DNA from: Schmidtea polychroa
Taxonomy: Eukaryota
Direction of reading: 5' to 3'
Assembly: GCA_044892525.1 (NCBI GenBank)
Contig: JBJFYX010000144.1
Span: 62,001-126,000 of the forward strand
Length of the DNA stretch: 64,000 nt
Shown here: positions 55,701-64,000 of the stretch, one piece after another
How the letters are laid out: every line of letters starts with the position of its first letter
How positions within the stretch are numbered: the stretch's first letter is position 1
Notes under the pieces: generated by a model
The model's input: the letters and a program-made list of their open reading frames with translations, nothing else
Database searches by the model: none
What the model was told of the DNA's origin: nothing
Program-made: the position numbers and the translations under genes

Positions 55701-56916
55701 GTCATGGGAGACAATCAACTCCTCTCCTCAAGCAATTCAAAATCAACTCCGACATTAATGGAAAAATTTTGTAAAACAAATAAAATGAATAAATCAGATT
55801 TACCCGGCGACCCCACCATCTGGGTTCCAAGCATGATGTCTTCCGAGCCATTCAGATGCATGTCCCTCCGTACTGGACAATTTCCTCAAATCTTCTTCAA
55901 CCTCGAAAATCGACTGATATCTTACTCCGTCGCAACGCATACTCGCAAACCCTTTCACAACGTATTTTCGCTCTGCCGCATCATGCCTGAAGGTCCCAAA
56001 TAGTACAGTGGCCGGTACCATGAAGAAAAAGGCTGCTGTTCATTTCAAATTGAATTTATTGAATAAAATTTATTCTACTTTTCATTATTTTCAACATTTT
56101 TACAGCAAATAACTATTCATAATATCAATCGAATGTATACCTTTGAGTTTAAAACTGGATCGAATAGAATAATAAAGTCGTCTAAGTTCTCGGTACTTTC
56201 CGTAGGCTCTTAACCAGTAGTCTAAAATGGCTTATCGGCTGTAAGTGGTTTTGTAGGATTGCTTCGTAAACGAGTTCTAGTAAGTTCTAAGTGGTCCTGA
56301 AGTCCTGTAGAGTTTCGGGTTAGAATGATGATAATATTTTAAATAAACTTTTACCTGTAGAGTTTCGGGTTAGAATGATACTCTACAGATTTTTGTCGCT
56401 CTTTATATATTATTTTCTGTCCAATCAGGACGCGACCCGTTTGTATTTTTACTCTTTATTATTATTTTTATGTTTTTATCATCGTATATTAAATTTTTTT
56501 AATGGCTTGGCTTATTCTTATTATTATTTTATTTATTTTTTCTTATTTTTATTATTTTCTCTTCTATTTTTCTGCGGACTTATTGTTATTTTATTGTAAT
56601 ATTATTTTTTGTTTTAATTAGACTTAAAATGGTTTATTTTTTATTTATTTCTTAAATTTCTCGTTTATTTGTTGTCACTTTTTTACTTATTCTATTTCTA
56701 TTTTATCCGTTGTGTGTTTTAACTCGTTTTATTTCTAAATCTTAAGGGATTTATTGGGTTTTATTCAGTTTGTTTTACCTATTCTTATTCTCTTATTGAT
56801 TTTTTATCGTTCCTTCCTATTTACTAGTGAGATTTTTATATTTTTATCTTATTTATTATTCGAGGTTTACTTTTCTATTCGCTCCAGTTTTCTCCACTCT
56901 GAAATTTAGCCCAACA
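52716..56916 (-). repeat. 5' LTR (4201 bp)
   Basis: By eye, differs from the 3' LTR by about 9 substitutions and one G in a homopolymer (G6 at 27247-27252 versus G5 at 53666-53670). Confidence 0.97.
53242..54002 (-). pseudogene. 5' LTR copy of the LTR ORF, frameshifted by 1 nt
   Basis: Split into 159-aa and 108-aa ORFs by G5 versus G6; could be a homopolymer assembly error. Confidence 0.6.
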
Positions 56917-57198
56917 GTAGGTAGTTAGTAGCGCCCTGGGACAATTACCCCCCGGGAGGTGGGGGGGGGTAAATTGTTGCAACTCGTTTTTTTTGCTTTT
57001 TTGATTGCGTAATTGTTTTTACTGATTTATAGTCAAGATTTTAATAAATACAATGTCAATTGTAAAAAAATCAGAGGTTGAAAGAAGTTTCTATTGTTTG
57101 GAGTAATTTATTAATATTTAAATTATTATTCGTTTTAAAATTATTAAATTTAAAGGTTAAAGGGAATTTTTCAAATTTTGAAATGAGATACATTCATT

Positions 57199-57492
57199 TC
57201 ATGTACGGCAAAGCGAATTCTTTTGGAAGGCATATTTATTTGACTCGTCCACTAGAAATCTTAAAATTTCTTCACCGAAAAAATAAGAAAAAAACTGAAA
57301 AGGAGTGTCTAAGTTCATAATTTCTTGTGAATACTCAGTGTTTCCAGCAAAGTGGAAAGCATTTTGGACTATGTCCATATTCTGTACTCTCCACACTAAG
57401 TTTCTAGAGTTGAAAGGTTTAGTTTGCAGGTTGTTCTGGAAGCTAATTGTAGGAGTTGGGCTACGTTCGACAGTGTCTAAATTATGTTGCAT
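57199..57492 (-). pseudogene. piggyBac (PGBD-type) transposase N-terminal fragment
   Basis: TPFQFFSYFFGEEILRFLVDESNKYA matches the conserved piggyBac N-terminal segment; truncated; no TTAA-bounded ends seen. Confidence 0.65.
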
Positions 57493-57689
57493 GTCGGTAT
57501 CTACGTTTGCTGCAGGCTGATCTGCATCAAGTTTGGGTCAGTGGGAAAATTACCTACATCCTCTTCATCTTCTAGCTCCATCAGGCAATCTCATTTGCTC
57601 GAATAATAGTAGTAGTATGATTGGAGCTCCCCAGGCCAGGAGCTCCCCCGGCCACATATACCCCCTCCCCCCCGGGAAATTTTTTTTTT

Positions 57690-58620
57690 AAATAAAAGGT
57701 CAAGGTCATTTATTTTTTTTTAATTTTTTGTTTTAATTAATTCACCGGGAGGGCTCACACTTTTTTTCATCCCAAAAATTAATGTTTCTGCCAACAGATT
57801 TTATTGGACGATACCTCATCTTAAAGCTCAGTCCAAGACCTTTCGAATGAGCTATAGGTATCATATATATCTTTAATAGTTTTAATGTTATTAACAATTG
57901 ATGACCACCTTTTCAACGTTAAATTATTATTATTTTCCAAAATATTATTAATTGGCCGGGAGGGCTCACACTTTTTTTCATCCCAAAAATTAATGTTTCT
58001 GCCAACAGATTTTATTGGACGATAGCTCATCTTAAAGCCCAATGCAAGACCTTTCGAATGAGCTATTGAAGGTATCATCATCATTAACATCGGCAAAGTT
58101 ATTAACGTTTTCCCGAGACCATTTTTCAAGGTCATTTATTATTTTCAAGGTCAAATTTTTAAATAAAAGGTCAAGGTCATTTATTTTCTCAAGGTCATTT
58201 ATTATTTTCAAGGTCATTTATTTTTTCAAGGTCATTTATTTTTTCAAGGTCATTTAATTTTAATTATGTGGCCGGGAGGGCTCACACTTTTTTTCATCCC
58301 AAAAATTAATGTTCCCACCAACAGATTTTATTGGACGATACCTTATTTTAAAGCTCTGTGCAAGACCTTTCTAATGAGATATAGATTTCTATCATACAAT
58401 GACTCATCACATTTTTAGAACAAAGACAATGACTCATACGATGACTCATCACATTTTTAGAACGATGACTCATCAAGGTCAAGGTCAAATTTTTAATAAA
58501 AGGTCAAGGTCAAGGTCATTTATTATTTTCAAGGTCATTTATTTTTTCAAGGTCATTTATTTTTTCAAGGTCATTTAATTTTTCAAGGTCATTTATTTTT
58601 TCAAGGTCATTTATTATTAT
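57690..58620 (+). repeat. Array of TCAAGGTCA motifs, TGACTCA motifs and three about 110-bp repeats; possible Polinton subterminal region
   Basis: At least 15 caaggtca copies; 4 atgactcat (58400-58475); ccgggagggctcacac.. repeats at about 57753, 57955 and 58270. The Polinton link is inference. Confidence 0.7.
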
Positions 58621-58769
58621 TATTATAATTATTATTATTATTATTATTATATATAATCTATCCGACAAAATATTCTGTCCCACTATGGGTACTGCACACA
58701 AATGTACTTCTCACATTCAACAAGTCACAATGGTACTGTTCACAATGCTACTGGTAAATATATTCAAGA

Positions 58770-59007
58770 CAAAACCTAAAATATTTTTTACACACACATG
58801 CACAACCCATTAACAATTATTATTGTAAATATTAGTGAAAAACCTAAAATATTATTTACACACACACACAACCCATTAAACTTTATTATTATTATTATTG
58901 AAAAACCTAAAATATTTTTTACACACACGCAATCCATTAACAATCATTATTATCAATATTAGTGAAAACCTAAAATATTTTCTACACACATATACAACCC
59001 ATTAAAC

Positions 59008-59080
<73 letters not shown>

Positions 59081-59123
59081 GAAAAACCTAAAATATGGTT
59101 TACACACACACAACCCATTAACA

Positions 59124-59183
<60 letters not shown>

Positions 59184-59226
59184 GAAAAACCTAAAATATG
59201 GTTTACACACACACAACCCATTAACA

Positions 59227-59268
<42 letters not shown>

Positions 59269-59440
59269 GCAAATATTAGTCAAAAACATAAAAACACACA
59301 CACAACCCATTAAACTTTATTATTATTATTATTGAAAACCTAAAATATTTTTTACACACACGCAATCCATTAACAATCATTATTATCAATATTAGTGAAA
59401 ACCTAAAATATTTTCTACACACATATACAACCCATTAAAC

Positions 59441-59501
<61 letters not shown>

Positions 59502-59749
59502 GAAAAACCTAAAATATGGTTTACANNNNNNNNNNNNNNNNNNNNNNNNNNNNNNNNNNNNNNNNNNNNNNNNNNNNNNNNNNNNNNNNNNNNNNNNNNN
59601 NNNNNNNNNNNNNNNNNNNNNNNNNNNNNNNNNNNNNNNNNNNNNNNNNNNNNNNNNNCATAAAAACACTCACACAACCCATTAACAATTATTATTATCA
59701 ATATTAGTGAAAACCTAAAACATTTTCCACACACAAAACCCATTAAACT

Positions 59750-59794
<45 letters not shown>

Positions 59795-59820
59795 TTATTA
59801 TTATTATTATAATTAGTCAA
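58770..59820. repeat. Compound minisatellite (aaaacctaaaatat..acacacaacccattaa + variable (ATT)n), spanning an assembly gap
   Basis: Seen directly; flanked by a duplicated ctatccgacaaaatattctgtcc block (about 58657 and 59987). Confidence 0.9.
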
Positions 59821-61572
59821 AAACTTAAAATACTTTTTACACACTAAGTTATGGGGTAGAGAATTATTATATGTTTGCAATATTTTGTGTTTGCCTATAC
59901 AGGAAGTTGTCAATAAGGAGCGATAATTTTATACATACATTCTATATACACATACCTTGTTTAACATGGGTGTATATACTCCTAGTCTATCCGACAAAAT
60001 ATTCTGTCCCCCTATGGGTATTGCTCACAAAGGTACTACTCACACTCAACATATCGCAAGGGTATATCAATTATGGTTAGTAAATAAAACCTATCACACA
60101 CACTTTTATATTTAAACGATAAAAATCAAGACAAGAGAGGACAAGGCAAAGTTTATGCATTTAGTATTGCCAGGCCTAATGAGCAGTGATCAAATATCTG
60201 TGCCTGAAAGACACGGTGGATATTTGTTCGCGTCCACAAGGGTCGTCTGTGCCTCCCCCAAGTGGGGTCAGAAGAACCTGGGCATTATAGTTTTCTGTAT
60301 GGAACATTACGCATAGCATGGGTAGTCAACTACCAGCACATTCGAAACGTATAATTTCAAAATACATGCGTCATTGGCACTATAACCAAATTAATTAATG
60401 TTTTCACTAACACAAATATATATTTACAGAGGCCTCCCACTAGTTGGATTACAACCGCCCACCACGACGATCAGCTTGTAAATATATATTAATTAAGGGA
60501 TAAAGAGGACCCACCCAACCCTATTATATTTAATTTACAAATTTTTCTCGCTCTTCTGCTGGTAATCTATCTCAAAATTATCATCTCCATCGGGCCATTT
60601 GGAATACATCTTGCAAATTGGACGTATTTCTTAGTTTCTGATGCGGCGTCCACTATCATTGCTAAAATTTATATTGATTTAAAAGCAATTAACTTACATT
60701 ATCTAACATTTTATCGTCACAAATTAAATTCTGTCTGACTATTAGGCAACTGTTATTTGTGGTATACTTTTTCAATGTCATTTCCCACCATAAAACACAG
60801 ATACCTAAATATAATATATATATTTTAAAAGATTAATTCATGTCTTACATTAATAATAATATTCTTCAGGTAGTACTTTACAATATCTAATTGCTAAAAC
60901 ATCGGTTTTTCCCATTTTTCTTGACATTCGTTGAAAGTTTACATAATTTAAGTCTGATAATTCATGTTGAAGGACACCCACAATCAGCTAATTCATTTAA
61001 GAAATCCAGAACATAGCAATGTTTCACCATTTTGCCTGGTTCATTTTCTTCTATAATTCATGTTTTAATAAGAAATCTCTAAATCCAGAACATAAGTCAT
61101 TTAGTGTTTCACCATTTTGTTCATCTTCTTCATAATCATATAATTCATTTTCTTCATTACTAAGTAAAATAATTAAAATATTTTAGTAAATTCTTTATTT
61201 ATTTACTTTATGGATACTAAAACGAAAGAAATAACGTTATATCAGAATTATATTTAAATAATTTAAATTTAGTTATTTAAACATATTTAAACACTTTAGT
61301 TATTTAAGCATATTTAAACATTAATATTATTATATAGTATAATTTTATATAATTTTATATAATATTATAATATTATAATTTTATGTACACTTATATATCC
61401 TTAATTTAATTTTTTAAATTCAAAAATTTATAATGAAGATTCTTTGAATTAAAAAATATTCTGTTAGTATTTCCAGGCAGAAAACAACGAATTCAATAAT
61501 TAAAATCTTAATTTTCATGTTGTTAGGGTTGTGGCCAGAAGTTAATCGCCATCTAATCGTTTGTTCTCAGTA

Positions 61573-61811
61573 GTGAGGAATCTATGCACCCCAGCACCCC
61601 CACCCTCAAAAAAAAACAGCTCTATTGACCCATATTTTCCACATTTATATGCTTTTTTACCCCATATTCTTCACTTTTTTTAACTTTTAAACTTTGTCCC
61701 CTATTGCCATTAACCCTTAATTTCTTCCCTTAAAAGTAAAAAAGTTCGGAATAGATGTATTTATAGATTAGTAATTCCGAGAAAAGGTAACGGGGTGCAT
61801 AGATTCCTCAC
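61573..61811. mobile_element. 239-bp MITE, TA-flanked
   Basis: Perfect 24-bp inverted repeat agtagtgaggaatctatgcacccc (61569-61592) / ggggtgcatagattcctcactact (61792-61815); same TA|GTGAGG start as the 921 MITE. Confidence 0.7.
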
Positions 61812-61975
61812 TACTTGGTCTTAAGGATTTAATGTTATAAGGATTTAATGTTATAAGAATATCAGATTACCTAATTCATAATGATCTAGGTCGCCTGATC
61901 ACTTTTAGATTTAAAAAAAATAAAAATTAATATCAAAACCAAAACATCGTATCCAACCAAAAGATTCTTTTAAAA

Positions 61976-64000
61976 ATGGAAGCTATTTTCAATTGTGAAA
62001 TTTGTGAAAAAAATTTTAAAAATAAAACTGCTTTAACATCTCATAAAAAATCAAAAGACCATTTAATAAAAGCTAACACACTAGATGACACTAATTCCAA
62101 AATCTGTACTAAATGTAAGGATAGATATTTATTTTCAGGTTATAAGAAGCATTTTAAAAATTGTATTGGAGTTCCTAAAAACAGAGAAATATTCGAATGT
62201 TCAGCATGTGGAAAAACGATGAGGATAAAATCTTTTTACTTAAGACACATAGAAGATTGTGGTCTTGAAGCAAAAGATTCTGATTCAAACTCAATGACTG
62301 AAAAAGCTGAAAAACTAGAGTTTAATTGGGATGACTTCAATCACACCGATGTAATTGCAGAAGTAAAACGAGGACCCAGATCAATCATGCAATATATAAG
62401 AGAAAATAAAAAAAAAATAATATCATCAATGGATGATGCTATAAAAAAATTTGGTAGATCAAGATTTAATGTTATAAAAGTTAAATTTACAGGAAATGCA
62501 AAATACTGGAGAGGAGATGATTCGATCGCAATGCCTCTAGATGTAAAAATTGAAACCTCATATAAATATTTATTTTCTACAAAAGCAGGAAATAAACTTG
62601 TTAATGATATAGCTAAAGAATTGGAAGAAAAACAAGAACAGGTGGAACAAGAACTAGGAGAATCTAATTTAAGATTCCACTCTTTTCAAAATATAGAGAT
62701 TGAATACTGGAGAGGCGCACCACCAAATCCTAAATCTTTTATTCACACACCATTCACCTCCAACCATGTTATAAATGTACAGAATAAAGATAATAAATGT
62801 TTTCAATGGTCAATACTTGCACACTTACATCCTCAAGCAACTAACCCACAGAGAGTTCAAAAATATGAAGAATATGAATCTGAATTAATTTATCCAAAAG
62901 ATTTTTCCCACCCAATGAAAATTGAAGATGTTCCAGCATTTGAAAAATTAAATAATCTTAAAATTAATATTTATCAATTCATTCCAACCAAAATTACAAA
63001 AACTAGAAAAAATAAAAATTATAAACACATTATTCCTATTTACATTTCTAACATGGAAATCTCAGATGAAAAGAGAGAAGTAGATCTTTTAATATTAGAA
63101 GAAGGTAAACCAGATGAAGACTTTGATGGAGAAGAATATGGTGAAGAGGTTCAAAGCGTTCACCCGAGGAGAGAAGCAGAAGAAGGCATTTCATTAGAAC
63201 CAGAAGCAGAAAGCACTGCGTCCGGAGGCACTATGTTAGATAAAAAACTTCATTATATCTTAATAAAGAATTTTCAAAGTTTTATGAAAGGAAACACACT
63301 CATTCGTGGAGGCATATGTTGTAAAAGATGTTTATATCATTCAAGTTCAAAACTTGCTGCTATTAAACATGAGAGACTCTGTTGTAAGAATCAACCTGCT
63401 TTAATAAAAATGCCACACAAGAAAAATGCTAATATGAGGTTTAAAAACTATTCCAATCTATTAGAAGCATTGGGAGTGGTTTATTGTGATTTTGAAGCTA
63501 TAAATGTAAAACTAAGACGAACAAAAACTAATACTGTAAAACTAACAAAACAATTACCCTCTGCTTATAAAATGTTTTTTAAAAGTAATTATCCAGAACT
63601 TGTAGAATCTAGAGAATATTCATTTAGAGGAACTTCTGACAAAGAGACTCTAGATCATTTTGTTAAAACTTTAAATAATCTAGAACATGAATTATATATA
63701 ATATTAAAATCCAACTTTCCTATGAATTTTTCAGAAGAACAAGAGGAAGAATATAAAAATGCAACACACTGCTGGATGTGTAAACAAGAGTTTGAGGATG
63801 AGGAGCCAAAGGTTGCAGACCATGATCATTTTAAAAGAGAAAATAATTACAGAGGAGCAGCCCATAAAAAATGTAATCTCAATTGTAAAAAACCAACACA
63901 CATACCATTTATATTTCACAATCTTTTTGGCTATGATATTCACCTATTCATTAAGCATCTGGCCGCAAATGCTAAAAACTCTTTCAAGGTTATTGGACTT
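61976..64000 (+). CDS. Polinton/Maverick (adintovirus-type) protein-primed DNA polymerase B, N-terminal 675 codons, runs off the window
   Basis: My translation is open from ATG 61976 to the window end: N-terminal zinc fingers (CEICEKNF..H..SKDH); VINVQNKDNKCFQWSILAHLHP; FEKLNNLKINIY; ExoI VVYCDFEA; CWMC..DHDH..YRGAAHKKCNL; ExoII FHNLFGYDIH. Confidence 0.88.
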   Translation, partial: MEAIFNCEICEKNFKNKTALTSHKKSKDHLIKANTLDDTNSKICTKCKDRYLFSGYKKHFKNCIGVPKNREIFECSACGKTMRIKSFYLRHIEDCGLEAKDSDSNSMTEKAEKLEFNWDDFNHTDVIAEVKRGPRSIMQYIRENKKKIISSMDDAIKKFGRSRFNVIKVKFTGNAKYWRGDDSIAMPLDVKIETSYKYLFSTKAGNKLVNDIAKELEEKQEQVEQELGESNLRFHSFQNIEIEYWRGAPPNPKSFIHTPFTSNHVINVQNKDNKCFQWSILAHLHPQATNPQRVQKYEEYESELIYPKDFSHPMKIEDVPAFEKLNNLKINIYQFIPTKITKTRKNKNYKHIIPIYISNMEISDEKREVDLLILEEGKPDEDFDGEEYGEEVQSVHPRREAEEGISLEPEAESTASGGTMLDKKLHYILIKNFQSFMKGNTLIRGGICCKRCLYHSSSKLAAIKHERLCCKNQPALIKMPHKKNANMRFKNYSNLLEALGVVYCDFEAINVKLRRTKTNTVKLTKQLPSAYKMFFKSNYPELVESREYSFRGTSDKETLDHFVKTLNNLEHELYIILKSNFPMNFSEEQEEEYKNATHCWMCKQEFEDEEPKVADHDHFKRENNYRGAAHKKCNLNCKKPTHIPFIFHNLFGYDIHLFIKHLAANAKNSFKVIGL

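Larger units (their letters stand above)
26297..56916 (-). mobile_element. Complete giant (30,620 bp) env-bearing Ty3/Gypsy LTR retroelement, Burro-like
   Basis: Two about 4.2-kb direct repeats bounded by TGTTGG..CCAACA; 4-bp TSD GTAG (26293-26296 and 56917-56920); PBS; gag, and pol in PR-RT-RH-IN (Gypsy) order. Confidence 0.97.

Noticed and set aside
58516-59743. Poly-Ile, poly-Asn and poly-Tyr ORFs
   Set aside because: Translations of (ATT)n microsatellite and N gaps.
1-64000. Prokaryotic or phage origin of the window
   Set aside because: Spliceosomal introns, TRAF genes, LTR/hAT/Penelope/Polinton elements and microsatellites indicate an animal nuclear genome.

Overview
Very AT-rich eukaryotic (animal) genomic DNA, probably planarian. 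That is an inference from 45-48-nt introns, a lineage-type TRAF gene and a Burro-sized retroelement. There are two assembly gaps (4563-4754, 59526-59658). The centre holds a complete, very young, 30,620-bp Ty3/Gypsy element on the minus strand (26297-56916), with 4.2-kb LTRs differing at about ten positions by eye, a GTAG target-site duplication and a tRNA-Pro-like PBS. Its 3275-aa polyprotein reads Bcl-2-like domain > signal peptide > chuvirus-like (class III) envelope glycoprotein > protease > RT > RNase H > integrase > two ankyrin clusters > a second membrane protein. The envelope therefore lies inside Pol, upstream of the protease. The element also carries ubiquitin-like domains in Gag/ORF2, an IAP-type RING ORF, an intronless full-length TRAF, Trp-rich coiled-coil ORFs and an LTR-encoded nuclear-type protein. 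It reads as an endogenous-retrovirus-like element with a cell-death/NF-kB modulation toolkit. A decayed, diverged relative at 22.7-23.9 kb keeps the same BH2 > Env > protease order. The flanks contain a Penelope-like remnant with two degenerate hammerhead motifs, a 4-exon host TRAF gene, nested hAT remnants, MITEs, a piggyBac fragment, satellites, and an intact Polinton/Maverick protein-primed DNA polymerase ORF that runs off the window end and is absent from the supplied ORF track. All domain calls come from motif recognition by eye; no database searches were run.
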